Counted from the first letter of the stretch, positions 1 to 12,168 are shown. The stretch is DNA of 64,000 nucleotides from Cetorhinus maximus (GCF_964194155.1 NW_027596270.1:248001-312000), one strand, 5' to 3'. The notes: generated by a model from the letters alone, not told the origin. Program-made: numbers and translations.

Positions 1-190
1 GTTTACACTAAGGGAGTTACAAATAAAGGAGCTTTCAGAATAGTTGGTGATTCTCTCAGTAAGAGCTTGAAGGGCTGTGATCATAATAACCTCAGCTTTC
101 TGGGCTAAATATTGTGGTGGGTGTTTAATAGGATACTATGGCAGTCATGGGGAAGTAAAGACACAGCAGGAGTCTGATACGGTCCTTGTA
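1..190 (-). mobile_element. Degenerate retrovirus-like pol fragment (RNase H)
   Basis: Minus-strand translation of 129..1 gives IKHPPQYLAQKAEVIMITALQALTERITNYSESSFICNSL, resembling the RNase H motifs SAQxAEL and IYTDS. Confidence 0.55.
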
Positions 191-195
191 TTTTT

Positions 196-1246
196 TTCTT
201 CATTCATGGGATGTGGGCTTCGCTGGCTGGGTCAGCGTTTTTGCCAATCCCTAGTTGCCCTTGAGAAGGTGGTGGTGAGCTGCCTTCTTGAACCGCTGCA
301 GTCCATGTGGTGTAGGTACACTCACAGTGCTGTTAGGAAGTGAGTTCCAGGATTTTGACGCAGCGACAGTGAAGGAATGGTGATATATTTCCAAGTCAGT
401 GACGTGGAGGGGAATTTCTAGGGGGAGGTGTTCCCATCTATCTGTTGCCCTTGTCCTTCTAGATGGTAGTTGTCGTGCGTTTGGAAGGTGCTGTCTAAGG
501 AGCTTTGGTGAATTACTGCAGTGCATCTTGTAGATGGTACACACTGCTGCTACTGTGAGTCGATGGTGGAGGGAGTGAATGTTTGTGGATGGGATGCCAA
601 TCAAGCAGGCTGCTTTGTCCTGGATGGTGTAAAGCTTCTTGAGTGTTGTGGGACCTGCACATCCAGGCAAGTGGGGAATATTCCATCACACTCCTGATTT
701 GTGCCTTGTAGATGCTGGACAGGTTTTGGGGAGTCAGGAAGTGAGTTGTTCATCACAGAGTTCCTAGCTGCTGACCTGCTCTTGTAGCCACAGTAGTTAT
801 ATGGCTAGTCCAGTTCAGTTACTGGCCAATGGTAACCCACAGTATGTTGATAGCGGGAGATTCAGTGATGGTAATGCCATTGAACATCCAGGAGCGATGG
901 TTGGGTTCATCCTTGTTGGAGATGGTCATTGCCTGGCACTTTTATGGTGCGAATGTTATTTGCCACTTGTCAGCCCAAGCCTAGATATTGTCCAGGTCTT
1001 GCTGCATTTGGACATGTATTGCTTGAGTATCTGAAGAGTTGCAAATGGTGCTGAACATTGTGCAATCATCAGCAAATATCCTCAATTCTGACCTTATGAT
1101 GGAAGGAAGGTCATTGATGAAGCAGCTGAAAATAGTTGGGCCGAGGACAGTACCCTTAGGAATTCCCACAGTGAAGTCCTGGAACTGAGTTGATTGACCT
1201 CCAACCACCAAAACCATCTTCCTTTGTGCTAGGTATGACTCCAACC
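196..1246 (-). mobile_element. Non-LTR retrotransposon (LINE family A, CR1/L2 group), RT C-terminus and 3' end
   Basis: GTVLGPTIFSCFINDL and FADDC RT motifs in ORF 981..1463; 3' tail ATCCCATGAATGAA plus poly-A; element resumes at 4150. Confidence 0.85.
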
Positions 1247-2251
1247 ATAAGACCATAAGACGTAGGAGAAAAAGTAGGCCGTTCGGCCCATCGAGTCTGC
1301 TCCGCCATTCAATGAGATCATGGCTGATCTGACAATCCTCAATTCCACTTTCCTGCCTTTTCCCCATTACCCTTGTTCCCTTACTGCTAAAAATGTGTCT
1401 ACCACAGCCTTGAATATACTTAGTTATCCAGCCTCTACAGCTCTCTGCGGTAAAGAATTCCATAGATTCATTACCCTCTTATAGAAGATAATTCCTCCTC
1501 ATCTTTGTCTTAAATAGGTGACCACTTGCTCTGAGATTATGCCCTCTGGTCCTAGCCTCCCCCACAAGGGGAAACAACCTCTCAGTATCTACCCTGTCAA
1601 GCCCCCTAAAAATCTTATACGTTCCAATAAGTTCACCTCTCATTCTTCTAAACCCCAATGAATACAGGCCCACCTACTCAACCTCTCCTCATGAGAAAAT
1701 CGCTCCATACCCGGGATCAACCTTGTGAACCTTCTCTGGACTGCCTCCAATGCCAGTATATATTTCCTGAGATAAGGGGACCAAACTGTTCACAGTATTC
1801 TAGGTATGGTCTAACTCGTGCCTTGTATAATTTTAGCAAGCCTTCCCTATTCTTACTCTTCATTCCTTTTGAAATAAAGGCCAACATTCAATTTGCCTTC
1901 CCTATTACCTGCTGAACTGATATGTTAGCTTTGTGGGACTCATGCATGAGCACTCCCAAATCCCTGTGTGTGGTAGCTTTCTGCAGTCTTTCTCCATCTA
2001 AATAATATTCAGCTCCTCTAATCTTTCTGCCAAAATGCATAATCTCACACTTTCCCACATTATATTCCACGTACCAAGTTTTTTCCCCACTCACTTAACC
2101 TGTCTATATCCCTCTGTGGACCCTTTGTATCATCCTCACCATTTGCTTTCCCACCTATTTTTCTGTCATTTGCAAAGTTGGCGATAGTACATTCACTTCC
2201 CACATCTAAGTCATTAATATATATTGTAAAAAATTGTGACCCCAGCACTGA
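1247..2251 (-). mobile_element. CR1-type LINE, 3' part (continues at 3726-4149)
   Basis: IYINDLD, FANDRKIGG and LGLYSLxxRRMRG motifs; CR1-type tail with CTTATG repeats. Confidence 0.9.
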
Positions 2252-3725
2252 AAGGAAGTGGCTGCAGAGATAGTGGAGGCATTGGTCGAAATATTCCAGC
2301 ACTCACTGGATTCTGGGAGGGTCCCAGCGGATTGGAAAACGTCTAACCTGATGCCCCTGTTCAAGAAGGGAGGGACTATAGGCTATAGGCCAGTCAGCCT
2401 AACATCTGTAGCTGGGAAAAAGGTAGATTCCATTATTAAGGAAGAAATAGCAGGACATTTAGAAAAGCTGAACGCAATCAAACAGAGTCAACATGGTTTT
2501 GTGACAGGGAACTCATGTTTGACAAATTTGCTAGAGTTCTTTGACGATATAATAAGCATAGTTGATAAAGGGTAACTTTAGTGTATTTAGATTTCCAGAA
2601 GGCATTCGACAAGGTGTCACATAAAAGATTATTGCTCATGATGGGAGCTCACGATATTTGGGGGTATTGATTGAGGATTGGTTAACACACAAAAGACAGG
2701 GAGTCATGATTAATGGGTCTTTTTTCAGGTTGGAAAGACGTAACTAGTGGAGTGCCACAAGGATCAGTCCGAGGACCTCAATTATTTATGATCTATATTA
2801 ATGACTTGGTGGAGAGGGCAGAGTGTAATGTGTCCAAACTTGCTGAAGATACAAAAATAGGTGGGAGGGCACATTATGATGAGGACATGAGGAATCTTCA
2901 AGCGGATATAGATAGGCTGAGTGAGTAGGCAAAAGCTTGGCAGTTAGAGTTTAATGTAGGAAAGTGTGAGGTTATGCACTTTGGTAGCGAGAGTCAAAAG
3001 GCAAACTATTATTTAAATGGAGACACTCCAAAAAAGTGCAGCACAGAAGGATTTGGGTGTTCTTGTGCATGAAACACAAAAAGTTAGCATGCAGGTGCAG
3101 CAAGCGATTAGGGAGGCAAATTGAATTTTGGCCTGTATTGCTAGGGTGTTGGAGTTTAAGAATAGGGAAGTCTTGTTTCAACTGTACAGGGTGTTGGTGA
3201 GGCTGCACCTGGAGTACTGTGTACAGTTTTGGTCCCTGTATTTAAGAAAGGATATACTGGCATTGGAGGCAGTTCAGAAAGATTCACTCGGCTGATGCCT
3301 GACATGAAGGGGTTAACTTATCAAGAACGGCCAAACAGGTTAGACCTTTATTCATTAGAGTTTAGAAGAATGAGGGGTGATCTGATTGAAACATAAAAAA
3401 TTCTGAGGGGGCTTGACAGGGTAGATGTTGAGAAGATGTTTCCACTAGAGAGGGAATCTTGAACTAGGGGACACAGTTACAGAATAAGGGGTCTTTAAAA
3501 CCGAGATGTGTAGGAATTTCTTCTCTCAGAGGGTAGTGAATGTCTGGAATTCTGTACCCCAGAAAGTTGTAGAGGGTAGATCACTGAAAGTATTTAAAGA
3601 TTTTTGAAATACTGGGGAGTTGAGGGCTATGTGGAGCTGGCGTGAAAGAGGAGTTGGGGCCTGGAGCAGATCAGCTATGATCTTATTGAATGGCCTATTC
3701 CTGCTCGTATTTCTTATGTTCTTAG
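2252..3725 (+). mobile_element. CR1-type LINE, 5'-truncated, nested in the preceding CR1
   Basis: YRPVSLTS, SQHGF, SCLTNLLEFF and GVPQGS motifs; tail TTTCTTATGTTCTTA. Confidence 0.9.
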
Positions 3726-4149
3726 GATCCATGTGTCACTCTACTAGTTGCAGGTCGCCATCCTGAAAATGCAGCCCTTATCCCAGCTCTCTGTCTTCTA
3801 TTAGTTAGCCAATCCTCTATCTTTGCTAAAATACTACCCCCAACACCATGGCCTCTTATCTTAATAAGTGGCCTTATGTGTGGTGCCTTATCAAACATCT
3901 TTTGGAAATCCAAATATATTACATCCATTGGTTCCCCTTTATCTATCGTGCTTGTTACCTCCTCAAAGAATTGTAATAAATTCGTCAGGCATGATTTCCC
4001 CTTCATGAAGCCTTTCTGACTCTGCTTGATTATATTATGCATTTTTAAATGCTCTACTATTACATCCTTTATAATATACTTTAACATTATCCCAGTGAGG
4101 GAGGTTAAGCTAACTGGCCTTTTTTTTTGTCTCCTCCCTTTGTGAATAC
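3726..4149 (-). mobile_element. CR1-type LINE RT fragment (upstream half of 1247-2251)
   Basis: RPVSLTS, KSCLTNLLQFF and YLDFQK motifs; ends at TSRVTHGS and resumes as SVLG at 2251. Confidence 0.85.
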
Positions 4150-4258
4150 AGTGGAGAGTTTTCCCCCGATTCCCATTGACTCCAATGTTACTAGAGCTCC
4201 TTGATGCCACACTCGGTCAAATGCGGCCTTGATGTCAAGGGCAGTCACTCTCACCTCA
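4150..4258 (-). mobile_element. LINE family A fragment (upstream half of 196-1246)
   Basis: ALDIKAAFDRVWHQG; joins to 1246 when compared with the uninterrupted copy near 56250. Confidence 0.85.
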
Positions 4259-4261
4259 TAC

Positions 4262-4605
4262 TGCAACATCACAGGCAACTGGTAGTTGTGAGGCTGCAAT
4301 CTTTTAATGCCTTTGCTTTGTACTTCAATAATTCATCTACTCCATCCCACTCGGGATACTCCCTTAACTTGGGCTTTATTCATAATGTCACTGTGATATG
4401 TGGGGTGTGCAGAATTATTGTAGTAAACTCTACCAGGTACTCTATGGGCTTAACTAACCAGTGAACGCTTGATATTGGCTCAGTACACTGGGCCAGTGAC
4501 CTTTCCACGGAGGTGAATGTGCCTGAGAAGCACCCAACTGAAAAATCTTTTCCATTCAGCTCCTGCATCACTGCAGCGGATATATATTGTTCTGACAGTG
4601 CCAGC
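4262..4605 (-). mobile_element. Degenerate LTR-retroelement/ERV pol fragment (RT connection/tether, RNase H-like)
   Basis: SEQYISAAVMQELNGK...ERSLAQC...HWLVKPIEYLVEFTTIILHTPH resembles the RT_RNaseH/tether consensus. Confidence 0.5.
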
Positions 4606-5019
4606 AGAGCTGTGGAATTAATTGGATAGATCTTCCGAAGAGCCAGCACAAGCATGATGGGCGAAGTGATTTTCATCTGTTCTTTTGGAACAGTGTATAT
4701 TCCTCATCCCGTGATCGAGAGAGGAACCAGTGACTATGGGATTGAACGTAGCTAGAATCAGCACCTTCAGGGCAGGAGAGAGGCATGGGAACAAGTGGCA
4801 AAAGCTTTAAAATCTCAGTGTATTCCTACAAGAGAGAAGCGGTTTAAGTCACTTTGAGCAATTCGAGTATGGAAGAGCATTTATTCACGAGGATTCATGT
4901 GTGTCTTTTTATTAATTGATCTCAATTATTTTCTTTCCCTTCTGGGGGGTTCAATGGTGCTGCTGTTACCCAACATTCCGTTCGGATGTGAATGTGATCT
5001 ATTAACACTCCAAGAGCCC

Positions 5020-5470
5020 AGTACGCAGGCGCAGTACTGGACTGTATCTGGAGCATGCGCAGTGTCACTTTGATCAGAGTCCTGCAAGTGCGGGAGAGGA
5101 TTTTTTCAGCGGGTGAGATTTGATGAGGCGGAGGGAGGAATGGAGCCGGGAGTCGGTGTTGGGAGGGAGTGGCGGCTTCACAAACACCTGAAGTAGGCCG
5201 CAAATCCAGAATAAGCCTCTGCAGGTCCCGCGTTTTCAGCTCTGGAACTTTTTCACGGAAATAGGCCCAATTTAATGGTCGCCATCTTGGTTCAGTGGCC
5301 GTCTTGGTGACGGTACAGAGCATGGGCGGGGCTTCATGGCACCGGTGACCAGGAGAGAAAATCATTGGCTCATTGATTTTATTCTCGCGCTGCACACAGG
5401 AGATGGTGACTGTCCCGGGTTAATTACCGCCATCGTTTGAAGGGCAATGTGCTGCTGGGCGCACGCGCTG
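5020..5470 (+). promoter_or_regulatory. CpG-rich promoter / first exon, probably of ZF1
   Basis: GAGCATGCGCAGT at 5051 (NRF1-like), CGCCATCTTGG near 5280 (YY1-like), GGGCGGGG, ATTGG; homologous to the ZF7 first-exon region. Confidence 0.6.
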
Positions 5471-5484
5471 CCATCCTAACAACA

Positions 5485-5655
5485 TCAGAATAAGAACATC
5501 AGAACTAGGAGCAGGAGTTGGCCTGTCGGCCCATTGAGCATGATACACCATTCAATGAGATCATGGCTGATCTGATTGTGGTCTTAACTGCACTGCCCGC
5601 CCCTCATTTTGATGCTTAAATGAAAAATTTGTCTAACTCGGTCTCAATTAGTCTT
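5485..5655 (-). mobile_element. CR1 3' end fragment
   Basis: TAGGAGCAGGAG...GAGATCATGGCTGATC tail motif. Confidence 0.75.
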
Positions 5656-5659
5656 TTGG

Positions 5660-6435
5660 TAGTAAAGAACTTGAGTGTTGCTGAAAAAAGAGACATGTGG
5701 AAGCTTTTCGTCTTGTACTCATCGGGGCACTTCGCAAGAATACCAATGTAAGGAAAAACAACTATATATACTGTATGTAAAGAGAATGCTGATTGGTTGG
5801 CAAGTGGACTCTGATTGGTAGAGGCGTTGCTATGCAAAATGCACTAGTGATGGTGACTGACAGTTAACTGCAAAGCATTGTTTGAAATTTGAACCAGTTT
5901 GACCCTGATTGGTCAAGGCATTGTCCTGAGGAATGAGTCAGCAAATGGCTGTCACTTATTTTGTTTAGCTGAAACAGGCGCAATGTGTGTATATGTTTTT
6001 TCTTTCTGCAAAGAACAGAGCCCTATAATATATGTAGCTTCCAGTACATGCAAATGCACCACACTGCAAGCCCAACTAAGAATCTTAAATTGGTTATCAA
6101 TGTAATTTTTAGCACACTGACGATTATTTAGCAAATGTTGTCCAATCACGGAATCACATCTAATATTGGACACTGTTTTGAGCTTTGCAAACACAGGCTG
6201 GTTGGGTATGGTCTGTTTGCAATGCTTGGCAGTTAACTGTCAGTCACTATCACTGGTGCATTCTCCATGGCAATGCCTCTACCAATCAAAGCCTACTTGC
6301 CAACCAATCAGCACTCGCTTTGCATGCAGTATATATAGTTGTTTTCCCCTTATATTGGTATTCTTGCCAGCTGTCCTGTTCAGTGCAAGATGAAAAACTT
6401 CAACATGTCCCTTTTTTTTTAGCAATACTCAACTT
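5660..6435 (-). mobile_element. Penelope-like element (family 2): GIY-YIG C-terminus with inverted pseudo-LTRs
   Basis: ORF 5952..6194 DSVIGQHLLNN...FKIL...HLHVLEATYI; 5672-5880 and 6220-6432 are inverted repeats, each with a decayed hammerhead motif. Confidence 0.75.
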
Positions 6436-6439
6436 TGCA

Positions 6440-6822
6440 TCTATTCAATAACCAGACCTCCACTCCTTGCTGGGGAAGAGAGTTCCACAAACTAATGGAT
6501 GCCTGAGAGAAGAAATTTCTCCTCACTTCAGTCTTCCGCATCTCAGTCAAAATTATTGAAAACCTTTATTTTTAAATTGTGCCTCTTTGTTCCATATTCT
6601 CCCATGAGGGGAAAAAGCCCTCTCAGGATCCACCCTGTTAAGTGCCCTCAGAATCTTACAGGTTTCAATAAAATCACCTCTCATTCTTCGAAACTCCAAT
6701 GAATACAGACCCACCTTGCTCAACCTTTCCTCATGAGGCAAAGCCTCTCATTCCAGGAATCAGCCTAGTGAACCTTCTCTGAACTGCTTCCAATGCAAAT
6801 ATGTCCTTGCTTAAGTTATCTT
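6440..6822 (-). mobile_element. CR1 RT C-terminal fragment
   Basis: ALEAVQRRFTRLIPG and GLYSLEFRRMRGD. Confidence 0.85.
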
Positions 6823-7552
6823 GGACCAGGCAGCAGGAGGAGAGAATATTGTGAATTTCTATCCTGGACTGACAGTGATGGATTCTGGAACCCCTTTTAC
6901 AGGGGTTAGGATGGGAGGATTTACACACAGCAAACTCAAATCAAGAGAAATGTTTGTCTCTTCTGAATTTGTACCTGCATCTGACACTTATGACTTTTGT
7001 AATCTCCTTTTACAGAGAGCTAGAAGATTTGAAGTCTGTGAGATTTTTCTCTGACTCCAATGCTTCTGATATCTTTCCAGCTGCAGGCTCCAGCAGAAGA
7101 TTTTAAATTTGAAAACAGTGAAATTGTTTCAGGGGTGAGTATTATTGAACATTCATCGACAATTTAGAGCTTTTACTGCTGCGCTCTGGTCCCATGTCTC
7201 TGAGGCTGGTGTGGCTCCTTTACTGTGGATCTGAATCCATGTCCATCCATTGCTCTGCTTCACCCCTACCCTTCACAATCACCTCTCTACCGTTGTATGG
7301 CTCCATCTGCCTCTAATGATGGGTGTATTTTAACCATGTTTAGTATTTTACTGTTATTTTCACCAACTGTGTCTAAATGAGGCTTCCACTGCTGCCCATC
7401 CCCCCAGCTATTCACTGTTGATTTACCAGCTTTATCTTCCCATGGCCAGGAATTATTTTTCCTGCACTAGAGATCATTTCTCTCCCACTTCTGAGCTTAT
7501 ATTGACTGTCAAATTCTGCTTCATTTGTATTCCCCATAATTCATTCTGTACA

Positions 7553-7665
7553 CCCTGAAATGTTAACTCTTTCTCTTTCCACAGTTACTGCCTGACCTGC
7601 TGAGTATTTCTAGCACTTGCTCTTTTTATTTCAGATTTCCAGCAGCTGCAGTATTTTGGTTTGGT
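7553..7665 (+). repeat. Short Penelope family-1 terminal fragment
   Basis: GAAATGTTAACTCT...GACCTGCTGAGTATTTC matches the tail of the Penelope at 40970-41040. Confidence 0.65.
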
Positions 7666-8174
7666 TTTATTGCAGGCATTTCTCACAGAACCGAGTCTGG
7701 GAACAGAGATGAACCAATTAAGAACGGATTTGTATTTGGGTGGGTGTTGATTGGAGAGGTTGGTCCCTGGCCTCCAGTGTTAGTCTTTTTCATGCAGCCA
7801 TAGAATGATTACAATACAGGAGGCCATTTATCCTGTCATTCCTGTGCTGGGTCTGTGCAACTGCAGATCAGCTAGTCCCACTCCCTGCCCTTTCCTCATA
7901 GCCCAGCTTTTTCTCTTCAGGTACTTATCCAATTTTATTTTCAAAGCCTTTGCTGTATCAGTTTGAGTTGGAGTGGAGATGGAGGAGAAGCTGCTGGGTT
8001 TAACCACAAGGACCTAGCAATTTCCAACGTGAAATTGTCAAAGGGAGGTAGGTTCTGGGGAAGATGAGGTTGTTGAGCAGACACTGGCCATGAAATGTAA
8101 AAGATCATTGTTTTAGGAACAAATATTTCTGTAGATGCTTTTAATCTATTCTATAAATGCATACTTATAAAATT

Positions 8175-8372
8175 TATTCTGGGGATTTGGGCGTCACTAA
8201 CAAGACCAGCAGCAGATATTTCCCAACCCCAGTTACCTGTGGAGAAGATGATGTTTGACCTTCTTGAAGCACTGCAGTCCGTGTGGTGAAGGTGCTCCCA
8301 CAATGATGTTAGATAAGGAGTTACAGGTTATTCACCAGTGATGAAGAAGAAACAATGATATATGTCCAAATC
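8175..8372 (-). mobile_element. Old LINE family A 3' end
   Basis: Diverged match to 200-395. Confidence 0.6.
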
Positions 8373-8374
8373 AA

Positions 8375-9625
8375 TAACAACAATATTGCAACTTTAATGT
8401 AACAAAATGTTCCAAGGCATTTCCCAGAAATATTACAAAGCAACATTTGACACTGAGCCACATAAGGAGATATTAGGGCAGGTGACCAGAAGCTTTGTCA
8501 AAGAGGCAGGCTTTAAGGACTATCTTAAAGGGAGAAATTGAGGTGGAGAGGCAGAGAGGTTTAGGGAGGAAATTCCAGAGCTTACGGCCTAGGCAACTGA
8601 AGGCACGGCCACCAAACAGTTAAAATAGGAATGCTCAGGAGGTTGGAATTAGATAAGCACAGATATCTCAGAGGGTCATGAGACTGATGGAGATTACAGA
8701 GACAGGGAGGGGCCATGGAGGAATTTGAAAATAAGGATGAGAAATTAAAAATTTAGATTCTTCTTAACCAAGAACCTTTGTCGGTCAGCGGGCACAGGAG
8801 TGATGGGCGAGGAAGACTTGGTGTGAGTAAACACAAGGGCAGCAGAGTTTTGGATAGCCTCAAGATTACAGAGAGGTTGAATGTGGGAGGCTGGCACGGA
8901 GTGCCTTAGGATAGTTAAGTCTAGAGGTAACAAAGGAATGGATGAGAGTTTCAGCAACAGGTGAGCTGAGACTAGGGCAGAGTTGGGCGATGTTACTAAG
9001 GTGGAAACAGGCCGTCTGGGTGATGACGAGGATGTGTGGTTGTAAGCTTGTTTCATTATTCATTCATGGAATGTGGGGTTGCTGGCTAGGCCAGCATTTA
9101 TTGCCCATCCCTGATTGCCCTTGTTCAGAGGGCAATTAAGAGCCAGTCACATTGCTGTGGGTCTGGAGTCACACGTAGGCCAGACCAGGTAAGGACAGCA
9201 GATTTCCTTCCCTAAAGGACATTAGTGAAGCAGATGGGGTTTTTTTTGTAGTAAAAACCCATCTGGTTCACTAATGTCCTCTAGGGATGGAAATCTGCAT
9301 TCCTTGTACTGGTCTGGCCTACATGTGACTCCAGACCCACAGCAATATGGTTGACTCTTAACTTAGGGATGGGCAATAAATGCTGGTCTAGCTAGCGATG
9401 CTAACATCCCATGAACAAATAATTTTAAAAAAGAGCTCATCTTGGGGTGAAATATTACACTAAAGTTTTGAACAGTCTGGTTCAGCCTCAGACAGTTGCC
9501 AGTGAGAGAGATGAAGTCAGTTGTTAGGGAATGGAGTTTGTAGTAGGGACTGAAGACAACACTTTCAGTCTTCCCAGTATTTATATGAAAGAATTTTCTG
9601 TTCATTCAGTACTGGATGTCAGACC
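8375..9625 (-). mobile_element. L2-type LINE 3' part, interrupted by a SINE pair
   Basis: AETLIHSFVTSRLNY, IQNSAA and NTGKTESVVF L2-type RT motifs. Confidence 0.8.
9049..9433. repeat. Head-to-head inverted pair of SINE 3' halves (SINE shares its 3' end with LINE family A)
   Basis: CCCATCTGGTTCACTAATGTCC core on both strands; AGCT duplicated at 9045-9048 and 9434-9437. Confidence 0.8.
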
Positions 9626-9864
9626 AGTCAGGAGAGTGTGTGGCTTCAAGGGGAACTTGGAGAGTTGGTGTTCACACACACCGGCTACCCTGGTCCTTCT
9701 AGGTGCTGGAGGCTAGTGGTTCAGGAGATTTGTCAAAGTTATGGTCGAGTAGTAGGTATATAAAATCCCTCTTCAACTGCTGCCTCTCCTACTTCTCTCT
9801 CTCTCTCTCTCCTTCCATAGAGACCAGAGTCTTGCATAGGCCCAGTCTGGGTGGAAGGTTCCAT

Positions 9865-10635
9865 TAATAAGAACTAGGAGCAGGAGTAGGTTATTCAGCC
9901 CCTCGAGCCTGCCCCGCCATTCAATACGATCATGGCTGACCTCATTTCGGCCTCAACTCCAATTTCCCGCCCACTCCCCATAACCATTCAACCCGTTACT
10001 AATTAAAAATCTGTCTATCTCCTCCTTAAATTTATTCAGCGCCCCGGCATCCACTGCACTCTGAGGTAGTGAATTCCACAGATTCACGACTTTGAGAAAA
10101 GTAATTCCTCCTCATCTCTGATTTAAATCTACCACCCCTTAGCTTAAAACTATGGCCTCTTGTTCTAGAATGCCCCAGAAGAGGAAACATCCGCTCCACG
10201 TCTACTTTGTCTAGCCCCTTTAGCATCTTATATACCTCAATTAGATCTCCACTCATCCTTCTAAACTCTAGCGAGTATAGGCCTAAACTGCTCAATCTCT
10301 CCTCATAAGACAAGCCCCGCATCTGTGGAATCAATCTAGTGAACCTCCTCTGAACTGCCTCCAATGCAACTACATCCTTCCTCAAGTAAGGGGACCAAAA
10401 CTGTGTACAGTGCTCCAGGTGCGGTCTCACCAATGCCTTGTACAGTTTCAGCAATACTTCCCTATTTTTATACTCTATTCCTTTAGCAATAAATGCCAAA
10501 ATTCCATTTGCCTTCCTTATTACCTGCTGTACCTGCATACTAGCTTTCAGCGATTCATGCACGAGGACACCCAGACCCCTCTGCACTGAAGCATTCTGAA
10601 GTTTCTCTCCATTTAAATAATAATAATAAATAATA
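9865..10635 (-). mobile_element. CR1 LINE 3' fragment inserted into a SINE in the ZF1 intron
   Basis: ORF 10032..10586 LYKALVRPHLEHCTQFWSPY; flanks rejoin to the SINE sequence seen at 46846-46880. Confidence 0.9.
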
Positions 10636-10887
10636 ATAATTCCCTGAAGGACAATAGTGAACCAGTTGTGTTTTTACGACAATCCAGCAGTTTTCATGGT
10701 CACTTTTCCCTGGTGCCGGCCCCACAAATTACCAGATTCATTCAGCTCCATTTCACAACCTGCCTTTGTGTTTTTGCGGGTTCTCTCTCACTCCCTTTTT
10801 TCTGTTTTACATCGATTTCACAGGATATTAGAAGGGGAGGATTTGCAGCCCAATTTATCATAATGTGAATGTCACCGGATTTTGAAC

Positions 10888-12092
10888 ATGGAAGGAGAAA
10901 GCACTGTTCACAGTGGAGAGAAACCATACACTTGTTCTGTGTGTGGTCGAGGCTTCAGCCAATTATCTGACCTATCAGAACATAAATGCAGTCACAACAG
11001 GGAGAAGCCGTGGAAATGTGGGGACTGTGGAAAAGGATTTAATTATCCGTCTGACCTGAAAACTCATCGGCGCTGTCACACTGGGGAGAGGCCATTCACC
11101 TGCTCCGAGTGTGGGAAGGGATTCACTCAGTCCTCCCACCTATTGATACATCAACGTGTTCACACTGATGAGAGGCCATTCAGGTGCTCTCACTGTGGGA
11201 TGCGTTTCAGGCGATCATCTGACCTCACTGTACACCAACGAGTTCACACTGGAGAGAGGCCGTTCATCTGCTCCAAGTGCGGGAAGGGATTCACTCGATC
11301 ATCCAACTTGCTGATACACCAGCAAATTCACACTGGGGAGAGACCATTCACCTGCTCCGAGTGTGGGAAGGGATTCAATCATTCATCTGACCTGCTGCAA
11401 CACCAGCGCGTTCACACTGGAGAGAGGCCATTCACCTGCTCTGAGTGTGGGAAGGGGTTCACTTGTTCATCAGACCTGCTGACACACCAGCGAGTTCACA
11501 CTGGGGAGAGACCATTCATTTGCTCCAAGTGTGGGACAGGATTTGCTCGCTCAGCCACATTACTGAGGCACCAGCGAGTTCACACTGACGAGAGACCTTT
11601 TAAATGCCCAGTCTGTGGGAAGTGTTATAAAAGCTCCAAGGAACTGTTGTCTCATCAACGTGTTCACACGGATGAAAGACCATTCAGGTGCTCTCTCTGC
11701 GGGACTGGATTCAATCAATCATCTGACCTCACTGTACACCAGCGAATTCACACTGGGGAGAGGCCATTCACCTGCACGGAGTGTGGGAAGGGATTCACTC
11801 AGTCATCCAATCTGCTCAGACACCAGCGAGTTCACACTGTGGAGCGACCGTTTAAATGCTCAGACGTGGGAAGTGTTATAAAGGTTCCCAGGAACTGATG
11901 TTCCATCAACGTGTTCACGCTGACGAGAGACCATTCAGGTGCTGTCAATGTGGGACTGGATTTAAGCGATCATCTCAACTCACTGTACACCAGCGAATTC
12001 ACACTGGGGAGAGACCGTTCAGCTGCACAGACTGTGGGAAGGGATTCACTCAGTCTTCCGCTCTTCTGAGACACCAGCGAGTTCACAAGTAA
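10888..12092 (+). CDS. ZF1: tandem C2H2 zinc-finger protein, 11 fingers plus 3 more after a 1-bp frameshift near 11865
   Basis: Repeated CxxC..H..H with HTGERP linkers; ATG at 10888; acceptor AG at 10822-10823; first frame stops at 11898 and fingers continue in ORF 11856..12092. Confidence 0.9.
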
Positions 12093-12168
12093 TTACCGTG
12101 ATTGGATTTTACAGCTGGTCACATCCAGGACTGGGCCATGTTCTTTGGGGTCTGTTTTTGCTGATGTT

